A stretch of DNA of 64,000 nucleotides from an uncultured Actinomycetes bacterium (GTDB lineage Bacteria; Actinomycetota; UBA4738; HRBIN12). Made by a program: the position numbers and the translations under genes. This document shows, piece by piece, positions 1 to 9,246 of this stretch; the first letter of the stretch is position 1; each line of letters begins with the position of its first letter. The notes beneath the pieces were generated by a model. That model was given only the letters and a program-made list of their open reading frames with translations, was not told where the DNA came from and did no database searches. The stretch spans positions 419,042 to 483,041 of the forward strand of contig CAVQKV010000001.1 in the NCBI GenBank assembly GCA_963713185.1. The letters are read 5' to 3'.

Positions 1-497
1 GCGATGTAGGCGCCGGCGTCGAGCTCGAGCCCGTCGCTCGTCCGCCAGTAGAGGTTCCGATGCATGCCGACGAGCGACGCGCCCTCCATCAGCCTGCCGA
101 AGATGCGGTTGATCGTCGGGTACGTGAAGTCGTCGCAGGCGCCGCCCATCACGATCAGATCGGCGTCGTCCAGCGCCGAAAGCTCGACCCCTCCGAGGTC
201 GGCCGTCGCATCTCCGTCCGACAAGACGAAGCAGCGGGCGCCGGGGTGCTCGGTACGGAGGTACTCGGCCGTCGCCACGACGGCGGTGATCAGCTCGTCG
301 TCACGGACGTCGAACCCTGCATCGCGCAGGGTCGTCCCCAGATCGGCCCGGGTCTTCGTGGTCGTGTTCGTGATGAGCCGGAACGGCATCCCGTTCGAAC
401 GCAGCCAGCCGAGGGTCTGGATGGCACCCGGGAGCGGCTCCCACGAGATCGCGAGGACGCCGTCGATGTCCAGCAGGACGCCGTCGATGTCGCCCAC
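1..497 (-). CDS. HAD-superfamily hydrolase, subfamily IIA (NagD-like); C-terminal part lies outside the window
   Basis: Not in the ORF track because it runs off the window edge. My reverse-strand translation from GTG at 497 reads GDIDGVLLDIDGVLAISWEPLPGAIQTLGWLRSNGMPFRLITNTTTKTRADLGTTLRDAGFDV...VMGGACDDFTYPTINRIF. This shows DxDGVL motif I and TNxT motif II. The frame is open to position 1 and GC3 is high. Confidence 0.6.
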   Translation of the reverse strand, partial: MGDIDGVLLDIDGVLAISWEPLPGAIQTLGWLRSNGMPFRLITNTTTKTRADLGTTLRDAGFDVRDDELITAVVATAEYLRTEHPGARCFVLSDGDATADLGGVELSALDDADLIVMGGACDDFTYPTINRIFGRLMEGASLVGMHRNLYWRTSDGLELDAGAYI

Positions 498-507
498 GAG
501 CGGGAGT

Positions 508-1371
508 CTAGCCGCGCAGGCTGCGCGTCTCGTCCAGGCGGATGCCCGTCGAACGCCGGGCGGTGCGCACCTGGCCAGGACTCCCGCTCCGCCACTCCTG
601 ATACGGCGCGATGTAGCGGAAGCGGGGCGGCAGGAGCGGTCTCAGCAGCCGGGTCGCGGCGAACGCCGCGCGCATCGCCGCGCGCCGGTCGGGCCCGAGC
701 TCGATCCCGTACAGGCGGCGGAGCTCCGGCGGCAGCGTCCCGAACGCGAGCCTCGACACGCCCTTCAGCACGGGTCGCCATTCGGCCTCGCGGGGCGGGT
801 CGCGGAAGAGGTCAGCCACCTTCCGTGCAGCCTCGCCGACCCGAGGGATGCCGGACTCGTACACGCCCTGGAGGAACGCGCGGAGCTCGGGGACGGTGAA
901 TGGGATCGACGTCCGCGGGATCCCGACCATCTCGGCGGCGAGCATCTGCTCCTCGTGGAACCGCTGACGCCCCGCCGCGTCCAGCCGGCCTACCGTGAGG
1001 CGTTCGAACAGGAGCGCACTCTCGACCAGGCAAGCGTGGACGTAGAGGAGGAGCTCCGGGTCCAGCCCGTCGTAGGGCAGGCCGGTCTCGGCGTCGACGC
1101 CCTTCACCCGCGCATGGACGTCGTTGATGCGTTCGGCGGCGGCGTCGGCCTCCGCCTTCGTCCCGAACGTGATCGTGTACGTGAGGACCAACGTGCGCTG
1201 GAGACGCTTCCAGGGGTTCCGCTCGTAGAAACCGGTCTCGCGCGCGCCGGCGATCACGAGCGGGTGCGCCGCCTGCATGAGGACCGCACGCGCCCCGCCG
1301 AACAGCACGGTCACCTCGCGGTGGACCTGCCACGAGACGCTGTGGGGCCCGAAGTACCCCAGATCGGCCAT
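508..1371 (-). CDS. DUF2236 / MpaB-family oxygenase
   Basis: ORF 508..1482, trimmed to ATG at 1371 (MADLGYFGPHSVSWQVHREVTVLFGGARAVLMQAAHPLVIAG...RNPWKRLQRTLVLTYTITFG). This matches the characteristic N-terminal pattern of the family. The upstream 37 codons are Gly/Pro/Trp junk. Confidence 0.75.
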   Translation of the reverse strand: MADLGYFGPHSVSWQVHREVTVLFGGARAVLMQAAHPLVIAGARETGFYERNPWKRLQRTLVLTYTITFGTKAEADAAAERINDVHARVKGVDAETGLPYDGLDPELLLYVHACLVESALLFERLTVGRLDAAGRQRFHEEQMLAAEMVGIPRTSIPFTVPELRAFLQGVYESGIPRVGEAARKVADLFRDPPREAEWRPVLKGVSRLAFGTLPPELRRLYGIELGPDRRAAMRAAFAATRLLRPLLPPRFRYIAPYQEWRSGSPGQVRTARRSTGIRLDETRSLRG

Positions 1372-1390
1372 GCCCCAGCCTACCGGCGTC

Positions 1391-3055
1391 TCAGGGACCG
1401 GTGACGCCCGTGATGGTCCGAAGCTCCCGGGCCACCGGTTCGGTGGCCAGGACCACGAGGTGGTTCCGGGCCCGCGACCCACCGACGTAGAGGTACTGGC
1501 GGAGGTCCTCGAGATGCTTGTCGCCGAGTTCGGCGAGGATCACGACGGGGCGCTCGAGGCCCTTGAACGCATGGACGCTGGTCGCGAGCACCGTGCCCGG
1601 CTCGACGGACTCGGACAGGCGGAAGCCGTCGACCCGGCCTCGCCTGCGGAGGCGGCTCTTCTCCGCCCCCGAGGGCGTGAGCACGACGATGTCCTCGAGC
1701 GGCAACTGCTCCTCCTCCACCAGGTTGGCTAGCACGACGGCGAGCAGGTGCGCCAGATCTTCGTCGTCCTCGTACCCCAAGATCTCGACCGGCTCCCCCT
1801 CGGGCCCTCGCGCGATGGGTTGCTGGTCCCCACGGTAGAAGACCGACACGAACTCGCCGATCTGCCTCGTGTTCCGCAGGTTGACCGCGATCGGGCCCAC
1901 CCGGTCGTCCTCGCCGACGGGCAACCCCCCGCCGTACAGGTTCTGGTTGTCGTCGGCGAACACGTACAGGAGCCCGGCGTCGGCGTCCGTGTGCAGCGAC
2001 AGGAGCGCCGGCCACCACCACTCGCGGAAGTCCTGGCCCTCGTCGACCACGATCGCGTCGTAGCGGGGCCCGAGCCGGGCGGCCGCGTCCGCGAGCGCCT
2101 CGGGCAGGCGATGCTCGAAGTACGGGGACCCGGGCTCCCGATCCCCCGGCGGCAGCTCGATCCCCGCCTCCTTCGCCATCTGCGCGCAGACCTGATGGAA
2201 CGTAGCGGTATCGATCCCGTGGGCGTCTCCGACCGACGCGCGGAGATGCTCGCCCAACCGACGGTTGAAGCAGGTGAGCAGCGTTCGATGACCCGCGGTG
2301 GCGAGCTGCTTGGCGACCGAGACCGCGAGCAGCGGTCTTCCCGCTCCCCGCCGGCCCCGTCACCGCCGCGCGGCGTCGATGGAGCACGAACGCGAGCACC
2401 CACGCCTGGTCCGACGTGAGCTCGACGATCTTCTTGTCCTCCTCGTCGAACCGCAGCCGCAGCGGCGTGCGGACCTCCACCCGGAACCCGAGTGCCGTCG
2501 AGACGGCGTCCATCCCCTCGGCGCCAAACCTCCGTCCCGGTCGCGCCCAGGTCCGCATGACCTCCGGGACGCGTTCGGCGAGCCGGTCCAGGTCGTCGCG
2601 ATCGATCACGATCTCGACGGGCGCGCCGGGATGCGCGGGCCGCTCGTACCGTCCATCGGGGAACGCGACGCCGAACCCGTAGCTCGGGCGCCACCGCTCC
2701 CATCCCGGCTGACCCTCCAGGATGCGTACGAGCGAGTGCATCGCCCCCTTCGCCTGGTGGAACGGGTCCTCGTCCAGATCGTGCGTGCCGGAGTGACCCG
2801 TCTGGGTCCACCGCTTCGAACCCGGGTCGAACGCCACGCGTCCGCCCTTCACCTCGAGCGCGAGCAGCCCCAACTCGGGATGCGTGATCACGAAGTCCGC
2901 CTCACCCTCATCGGGTCCGGCGCGACCGCCGACGACCCAGTCGACCGAGTGGTACACGACGTAGGCGTCGTCCAGCGCTCGAGGAAGCCCTCGTACAGCC
3001 GACGCTCCGCGGCGCTTTCGGTCGGGAGCATGGGGAACGGGATCATCCTCGCCAT
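1391..3055 (-). pseudogene. NERD-domain nuclease fused to SF1 (UvrD/AAA_30-like) helicase, broken by at least two frameshifts
   Basis: Three minus-strand frames each carry a clean piece. Piece 1: MARMIPFPMLPTESAAERRLYEGFLER (2888..3121 ORF). Piece 2: DDAYVVYHSVDWVV...ADFVITHPELGLLALEVKGG...VTGPAGSGKT (1380..2957 ORF). Piece 3: LLAVSVAKQLATAGHRTLLTCFNRRLGEHL...VVDEGQDF...VHAFKGLERPVVIL...YVGGSRARNHLVVL (1391..2257 ORF). The frame switches lie at about 2975 and about 2333; the second is one extra base right after the Walker A GSGKT. Confidence 0.7.
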
Positions 3056-3123
3056 GGCCGGGATGCTATCGGTGCGTTCCTGGACACGGGCCGCAGCGCG
3101 TGGGACCCTCCACATCCCCACCG

Positions 3124-3786
3124 ATGAAGCTGCTCCTCGCCGTCGTCCTCGTCGCCGTCTACATCGGCTACCTGTTCGGCGGGCGGCTGCACCGGCTGGA
3201 GGGGCTCCGCCCCCGGTGGTGGGGGCTGGTCATCGTGGGGCTCGGGATCCAGTTCATCCCGCTGCCGGAAGGGCTGGCCGGCACCGACCTGGTGATCCGC
3301 ACGGCGGTCCTGTCGCTGTCCTACGCGCTGCTGATCGCGTTCGCGCTCGTGAACGTGCGGATGCCCGGGATGTTCCTGGTCGTGGTCGGGCTCGCGTGCA
3401 ACTTGACCGTGATCGCGGTGAACGGAGGGATGCCGGCGAGCGCGCAGGCACTGATCGACTCGGGTCAACAGGACGTGCTCGCATACCTGCGGGACCAGGG
3501 CGCCGACAAGCACCATCTGCTCACCGACGAGGACCAGCTGACGTTCTTGGCCGACGTCATCGCCGTCCCGCAACCGATCGGTCAGGCCGCGAGCGTTGGG
3601 GACGTCTTCGTCTACGTCGGGCTCATCTGGTTGATCGTCGCGGCTATGCGGGGATGGACTCCGTCGGCGAGGCCGGAGGGGTCGCGACCGCGCCGCGGGA
3701 AGCACCGGCGGGGGGCAAGGCCGGAGCCTGAGGCCCGGCCTGATCTGGGGTTTCTTCCTCCTGGAGCCAAGACGTCGGGAACCTGA
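3124..3786 (+). CDS. DUF5317-family integral membrane protein
   Basis: ORF 3100..3786, trimmed to MKLLLAVVLVAVYIGYLF. It has several TM helices and ...NLTVIAVNGGMPAS...VGDVFVYVGLIWLIV. The last ~47 codons are Arg/Pro-rich and overlap the 3' end of the convergent kinase gene. Confidence 0.6.
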   Translation: MKLLLAVVLVAVYIGYLFGGRLHRLEGLRPRWWGLVIVGLGIQFIPLPEGLAGTDLVIRTAVLSLSYALLIAFALVNVRMPGMFLVVVGLACNLTVIAVNGGMPASAQALIDSGQQDVLAYLRDQGADKHHLLTDEDQLTFLADVIAVPQPIGQAASVGDVFVYVGLIWLIVAAMRGWTPSARPEGSRPRRGKHRRGARPEPEARPDLGFLPPGAKTSGT

Positions 3787-5174
3787 CCGTGATCGTCGTC
3801 CCCTGACCAGGGGCGCTCGCGATCGCGCAGGTCCCGCCGCCGACGGTCGCCCGTTCCCTCATCATCGTCATCCCGTAATGACCCTCGGGGCCCGGCGCCT
3901 CGACGTCGAACCCGACGCCGTCGTCGCGGAGGATCATCTCGACCTCGTCGCCCTGCTGCTCGACCGCCACCCAGATGTTGGAGGCCTTCGCGTGCTTGAG
4001 CGCATTCATCACGCCCTCGCGGGCGTTGTGATAGAGCAGCAGCGCGATCGGCGCAGGAACGTCGACCTCGTCGATGTCTGCGTGGAACCGGACGTCGGAT
4101 TCGCGCGCCATCTCGGCGAGGAACCCGCGGATCGCCTCCCCGAGTCCCGCTCGTCCGAGCGGCGACCGGTGCAGGTCTCGGATCAGCGCACGGATGCGGT
4201 CGGACGTTCGGTTCTTCGTCTCTTTGATCTCGAGGAGCAGCTCCTCGGTCTCGTCGACCTTGCCGGCGTCGAGATGCCTCCGAGCGACGTCGACCTGGAT
4301 GGAGAGACGGAAGAGGAGTTGCGCGAGATCGTCGTGCAGGAACGCCGCGATCTGCATCCGCTCGTCCTGACGCTCCTCCGCCATCCGGTTCGATAGCGCG
4401 CGGAGCACATGCTCGCGATCCTGTAGCTCCCTATGCGCCTCTTCAAGAGCCTTGCTGCGGAAGAACATCTGCCGCGCAAGGAGAAGAGGGAGGACGAATA
4501 CCAGGGACGACCCACCAGTTGTCGTCGGGTCCAAGCGTGAATACCTTCGCGAGGATGACACCAAAGACCGATAGCCCCAGGTAGCTGATCAAGTACTCAC
4601 TCAGTCTGCCAACCTTCAATTCCCGAATCACCCTGAGCGGGTTCATCCAGAAATGGATGCTGGCCGCAACGCATACAAGGGTGGTGTTGACAACGTAGTC
4701 AGCGATTGAGGCGAGGCCAGCAGCGAAGAAGAGCCTGAACGCACCTGATGTCTCTATTGACGCCAATGAATGGAATATGAGGCTTGCTGAACCAACCGCG
4801 AGGGCAACCTGACACCTGTTGAAGAGCGCCCTTAGCACACCGACCTCATGTCGGAACTCACGTGGATCCGATGCCGCAAGTAACGCAGCTGCGGCGGCGG
4901 CCTGAGGCGGATAAAGAAAGGCAACGACCATCAGCAACGGGAACCCCATACTGATGTGGACGCCTCGCCACACGGGAACCGGTATCAACTCCACTAACGC
5001 GATAATCAGTATCCAAACAATCAGCGGAAGCAGAACGGCCCTGACTTCGCTCCACCCGTCTCCTGTCATGGCAAGGATGAGGCCGATGAGGGTGGGCACA
5101 ACAATGGCGGCCTCAAAGAAGCGAAGCAGCTTGGCGGATCTCGCCGTCCTCGAGGAACCGTCGTCAGATGGCAT
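3644..5174 (-). pseudogene. Multi-TM sensor histidine kinase (HisKA_3 + HATPase_c) with one frameshift at the TM/DHp junction
   Basis: ORF 4443..5387 supplies the TM half from ATG 5174 (RBS AGGAGA; MPSDDGSS...LRALFNRCQVALAV...ILAKVFTLGPDDNWW). ORF 3644..4564 supplies SLVFVLPLLLARQ...IAAFLHDDLAQ...NALKHAKA...DDGVGF...GHYGMTMMRERA. The switch is at about 4510 (tggtggg). The colinear intact paralog is 5543..6997. Confidence 0.65.
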
Positions 5175-5434
5175 GGTCCAGTTCTCCTGCCCGATGCACC
5201 CTACATATTGAACCGTCGCTGACGACGGTGGAACCACCCTATGCGATGAACAAACTCGAAGAGGACACCGGCACGCTCCTACAGCATGCGCTGTAGGGGA
5301 CAAGAGCGGCTTGTGGGTCATCCGGGGGGCCCCCGATAGTGAGTGCCGATGTCCCCCAATAGGGGTTAGGTAGCGAGGGAGAACCACGCCTTTCGATGTG
5401 GGGGCATCTCGCTAAGAGCGCGGAGGGAGGTGCC

Positions 5435-5518
5435 ATGAAGCTGATCAAGCGGATCGCGGTTGCGGTTGGCTCGGTGGCGGCGCTTGCGCTCGCTGGTGGC
5501 GCGCATCTCCGTTTCTAG
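5435..5518 (+). CDS. Candidate 27-aa hydrophobic small peptide (MKLIKRIAVAVGSVAALALAGGAHLRF)
   Basis: Too short for the ORF track. ATG at 5435 is preceded by GGAGGGAGG with a 4-nt spacer. It has a basic N-terminus plus one hydrophobic helix and a TAG at 5516. It lies between the two paralogous kinases. It could also be the remnant signal peptide of a deleted gene. Confidence 0.3.
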   Translation: MKLIKRIAVAVGSVAALALAGGAHLRF

Positions 5519-5542
5519 CACCTACTGGCTCAGATGAGGTAT

Positions 5543-6997
5543 TCAGGGGCGGGTCTCCTCCGGGGCCCCGCCCCTTGGCTGTTCGTTTGTTGATGGGAGC
5601 CTCGCCACGATTCGAGTGCCGTCGCCAAGTCGCGAATCGACGAAGAGGACGCCTCCAGCGATCTCGATCCGCTCGCGCATCAAGACCAAGCCAAAGTGCG
5701 TCCGATGATCAACGGAGCCCGGTTCGAAGCCAATCCCATTGTCTTCCACAGTAATCCGGAGGACTCCATCTCGGTCCACCACCGCGACTGAGACTGATGA
5801 CGCCCTGGAATGCCTCAGTGCGTTCCGCAACGCCTCCCGTGTGACTTGGTAAGCAAGCTGCTGTAACAAAGGTGTGCCGCCGACGTGATCACAGCTGAGG
5901 GATATCCGTGCCGTCGATTCTCTCTCCATGTATCTCACCAAGAGTCTGAGTTTCTCTGGGAGTCCCCCTGTCCAGAGCGGTGAATCCCGGAGACTTCGGA
6001 TCAACGCACGCATGCTTTCGCTAGCGCTCTCTGTGGCCCCAAGCAACGAGGGAAGATCTTCTTCGAGAGCCAGCAGTCGGCCAGACGCCAAGTCTTGGCG
6101 CAGCACCTGTCCCATCAAGTGAACCTTGTACAGAGGTGGCAACACTTCATCGTGAAGGCCAGCGGCCAGCGAAAGACGCTCCTCTCGACGTTCATCGGCA
6201 ATTGCCGCCGCAACGTCGCGGAGCGCTTCTGCTTGAGTCTCGAGACGACGACTTGCGTTGGCGAGTCGCTGGTGACCAGCGAGCGCCTGCCGGGCGAGGA
6301 TAACGGGAATCACAAACACCAAGAGACTCCACGCCCCTACCGACTCGTAGATCTCGGCGAGCATGATGCTCAACAAGCCAAAGCTGGCGTAAGTCAGTGC
6401 AAACTCGGGTAGAGATCCAAAGTAGAGTCGCGACAATCCGTCCCATGGCGTGATTCGCTCATGCAGGCAGAGCACGGAAATCACGGTGCCGTAGTTCACG
6501 AGACAGTCAGCTCCGACTGCCAGGAAGGCCGCAAGAAGTGTTATGGGCCAACCACCTCCGCCATCGACCACTATCGCGAAGATCCCCGTGGCGGCCATGA
6601 CACTGAGTGAGGTTTGTGCACGGTTGAATAGCGCTCGAACTATCGGAATCTCGCCTCTCCACTCGCGCGCATCAACGTAAGCAGCAAACGCAACGCTGCC
6701 AGCAACTATGGGACCGAACAGGTAACCAATTGCGAGGAGGACCGGCATGTCCAACGCAAGCGCCTGGCCAGACTCAAAGGACAGCGAGGCAGCGCCAACA
6801 GCTGCAACGACTGCTACCCACGCGAGCAGACCCCAGCCTGCCTCCCGAAACCCGCCATTTGAGGATGCGGCACCGTAGGTGAGGATGGCTATGTCCAGCA
6901 CGACGGTTCCCAAGACGAAGCTTCGGACAATCGGAGCCGTTCCCGGGGGCGGGCGACGGCGAACACCCCCCGCGCCAACAGCAGTCGTGGCAGACAT
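5543..6997 (-). CDS. Multi-TM sensor histidine kinase (HisKA_3 + HATPase_c), intact paralog
   Basis: ORF 5543..7075, trimmed to ATG 6997 (RBS GAGGGAGG). It has about 7 TM helices, then LAAGLHDEVLPPL (H-box), NALRHSRA (N-box), DNGIGF and FGLVLMRERI. Confidence 0.8.
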   Translation of the reverse strand: MSATTAVGAGGVRRRPPPGTAPIVRSFVLGTVVLDIAILTYGAASSNGGFREAGWGLLAWVAVVAAVGAASLSFESGQALALDMPVLLAIGYLFGPIVAGSVAFAAYVDAREWRGEIPIVRALFNRAQTSLSVMAATGIFAIVVDGGGGWPITLLAAFLAVGADCLVNYGTVISVLCLHERITPWDGLSRLYFGSLPEFALTYASFGLLSIMLAEIYESVGAWSLLVFVIPVILARQALAGHQRLANASRRLETQAEALRDVAAAIADERREERLSLAAGLHDEVLPPLYKVHLMGQVLRQDLASGRLLALEEDLPSLLGATESASESMRALIRSLRDSPLWTGGLPEKLRLLVRYMERESTARISLSCDHVGGTPLLQQLAYQVTREALRNALRHSRASSVSVAVVDRDGVLRITVEDNGIGFEPGSVDHRTHFGLVLMRERIEIAGGVLFVDSRLGDGTRIVARLPSTNEQPRGGAPEETRP

Positions 6998-7135
6998 GAG
7001 ACCTCCCTCTCGTCCATCTGCATCTTTGGGGACTCGCGATTCCTCGGTCAAGAACGACAAATCGGGCCCGACCACCCCTCAGAGGCGGATGCCACAGGAC
7101 CCGTTCCCTCCCAAGGTGACGAGTACCATCGGGCC

Positions 7136-7825
7136 ATGAGGACCCGGATCCTCCTGGTCGAGGACGAGGCGACCATCTCGGAGCCGCTGGCAGAGAGCCT
7201 CGGGCGCGATGGGTTCGACACCGAAGTCGCACCGACGCTTGCGGGGGCTCGCGAAGCTATCCGTCGGGAGGCGCCGGATCTCGTCCTGCTGGACGTGATG
7301 CTGCCCGACGGTGATGGTCGGGATCTCGCCCGCGAGATCCGGAATGGCTCGGACGTCCCGATCGTGATGCTCACGGCACGAGGTGAGGAGATCGACCGAG
7401 TCCTCGGGCTCGAGCTCGGGGCCGACGACTACGTGGTCAAGCCATTCTCTTCGCGTGAACTCACGGCTCGGATCCGAGCCATCATGCGCCGAGGACGCGC
7501 GCGTGAGCACCGGGGCCCGATCGAGATCGGGGCCCTCAGGCTCGACCCGGCCTCGCGGACGCTCTCGAAGAACGACGAGCCGATCGAGCTCGCCGCCCGT
7601 GAGTTCGACCTGCTGCACCTGCTGATGGCCAACGCGGGGGAGGTCCTGCGCCGGGAGCAGATCATGGACGAGGTCTGGGACACCAACTGGTTCGGTCCGA
7701 CCAAGACCCTCGACGTCCACATCTCGTGGCTGCGCAAGAAGATCGAGGACGACCCGTCGCATCCGACCTACATCACGACGATCCGGGGGGTCGGCTTCCG
7801 ATTCCGGTCGGCCACGGAACCCTAG
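7136..7825 (+). CDS. OmpR/PhoB-family response regulator
   Basis: ILLVEDE...LVLLDVMLPDGDG...GADDYVVKPF receiver domain, plus a winged-helix C-terminus (LTAREFDLLHLL...TIRGVGFRF). Confidence 0.95.
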   Translation: MRTRILLVEDEATISEPLAESLGRDGFDTEVAPTLAGAREAIRREAPDLVLLDVMLPDGDGRDLAREIRNGSDVPIVMLTARGEEIDRVLGLELGADDYVVKPFSSRELTARIRAIMRRGRAREHRGPIEIGALRLDPASRTLSKNDEPIELAAREFDLLHLLMANAGEVLRREQIMDEVWDTNWFGPTKTLDVHISWLRKKIEDDPSHPTYITTIRGVGFRFRSATEP

Positions 7826-7837
7826 GAGGCGACCACG
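7824..7837 (+). promoter_or_regulatory. Shine-Dalgarno AGGAGG plus in-frame ACG 5 nt downstream (candidate non-canonical start of the kinase)
   Basis: The sequence tAGGAGGcgaccACGaag overlaps the RR stop TAG (7823-7825). Reading from ACG 7835 gives (M)KVRTRLVLAFAYILVVLILALGIPLTV, a textbook basic-then-TM1 kinase N-terminus. No ATG/GTG/TTG occurs between 7826 and 7879. Confidence 0.4.
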
Positions 7838-7879
7838 AAGGTCCGAACGAGGCTCGTCCTCGCCTTCGCGTACATCCTG

Positions 7880-9205
7880 GTGGTCCTGATCCTCGCCTTG
7901 GGCATCCCGCTCACGGTCAACCTGCAGCAGCGGGCGACGTCCGACCTCGAGCGAGAGGCCTTGATCGAAGCCCAGGGGGTCGCCGCGCAGATCGGGGTCG
8001 AGAACATCGACGCGCCCAAGCGCCTGGACCAGATCGTCACCCAGGCGCGCAACCAATTGGGCGGTCGATGGATCGCGGTGGACGACCAGGGGATCCTCGT
8101 CGCGGACTCGGATGGGCCCGCCAGCCTCGGAACCCTCTACGCCACGACGGGTCGGCCCGAGATCGGCCATGCGCTCCAGGGGGCGCCCTTCTCGGAGATC
8201 CGGGACAGCGTCGACCTCGGGCACGACATCATGGCGACCGCCGTGCCGATCCAGGACGAGCAGCGGCTCGTGGGCGCCGTCCGGCTCACGCGGAGCGTGC
8301 AGCAGGTGAACGACAACGTCCGGAACGTGACGCTCGGCCTCGCCGCGATCGGGGTCGCGGCACTCGTGGCGGGGATGCTCCTCGCGTTCGGACTCGCGGG
8401 CTCGCTCTCGCGACCGCTCACACGGCTCGCGGCGGCGGCGAAGCGCCTCGGCGAGGGCGACCTCTCGACGCGGGCCGGGGACGTGGGTGGCGCGAGGGAA
8501 GTGGAGCAGCTCGGGCAGTCGTTCGACGAGATGGCCGATCGCCTCGAACGCTCGACGCAGGCGCAGCGGGAGTTCGTCGCCAACGCGTCTCATCAGCTCC
8601 GGACCCCGCTGACCGCGATGAAGCTCCGCCTCGAGGGCGCCATCGAAGAGGCGCCGGACGAAGAACTGCGGGGCCGCCTCGAGGCGGCCGACCGAGAGGT
8701 CGACCGGCTGTCTGGGATCGTCGATCGCCTTCTGGTCATGGCACGGGAGATCGAGGAGGGCACCTCCGCACACGTCGACCTTCGAGAAGCGGCCGATCGC
8801 GCGGCGGCCCGCTGGAACGAGCGTGCCGGCGGTCGGGACTCGACGGTGGTCGCGCGTGGTGAGGGCGGGTCGGCACGCGTCGACCCGACCGACCTCGATC
8901 AGATCCTCGACAACCTGCTGGACAATGCGACCTCCTACGCGCCCGGCGAGGTGACCATCGAGTCGGGCGGTTCGAACGGGCGGGTGTTCGTCGCGGTGGA
9001 GGATCGAGGGCCCGGGATCGCGTCCGAAGATCTCGCGCGCGTGACCGAACGCTTCTATCGGGGGCGTGGCGTGCCCTCCGGTGGTTCGGGGCTCGGCCTG
9101 GCGATCGCCCGCCAGCTCGTCGAGAAATGGGGCGGGACACTGAGCGTCGAAAGCACCAGTGGAGAGGGAACCCGGGTCGAGGTCCGACTCGACACGGCGC
9201 CGTGA
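7880..9205 (+). CDS. Sensor histidine kinase (TM-periplasmic-TM, HAMP, HisKA, HATPase_c), cognate to the OmpR-type regulator
   Basis: ORF track (GTG 7880). Motifs: ...REFVANASHQLRTPL (H-box), DNLLDNATSYAP (N-box), EDRGPGI, GGSGLGLAIARQL. The true start is probably upstream at 7835 (see the regulatory feature). Confidence 0.9.
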   Translation: MVLILALGIPLTVNLQQRATSDLEREALIEAQGVAAQIGVENIDAPKRLDQIVTQARNQLGGRWIAVDDQGILVADSDGPASLGTLYATTGRPEIGHALQGAPFSEIRDSVDLGHDIMATAVPIQDEQRLVGAVRLTRSVQQVNDNVRNVTLGLAAIGVAALVAGMLLAFGLAGSLSRPLTRLAAAAKRLGEGDLSTRAGDVGGAREVEQLGQSFDEMADRLERSTQAQREFVANASHQLRTPLTAMKLRLEGAIEEAPDEELRGRLEAADREVDRLSGIVDRLLVMAREIEEGTSAHVDLREAADRAAARWNERAGGRDSTVVARGEGGSARVDPTDLDQILDNLLDNATSYAPGEVTIESGGSNGRVFVAVEDRGPGIASEDLARVTERFYRGRGVPSGGSGLGLAIARQLVEKWGGTLSVESTSGEGTRVEVRLDTAP

Positions 9206-9246
9206 GCTTTACCTGTTCTTAGCCGGGGCCGGCGTAGGCTCGAAGC

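Larger units (their letters stand above)
4400..7135. other. Compositionally distinct lower-GC island
   Basis: Hand counts of 60-nt lines give 50% GC at 4561-4620, 57% at 4621-4680, 58% at 5581-5640 and 60% at 6481-6540. The line at 4321-4380 is 72%, and flanking genes are about 70%. Confidence 0.5.

Noticed and set aside
7823-7825. Stop-codon readthrough fusing the response regulator and the histidine kinase (same frame across a single TAG).
   Set aside because: A perfect SD overlapping the TAG and a correctly spaced ACG or downstream GTG make independent (re)initiation far more likely. RR-HK fusion through a TM segment in this order is not a known architecture.
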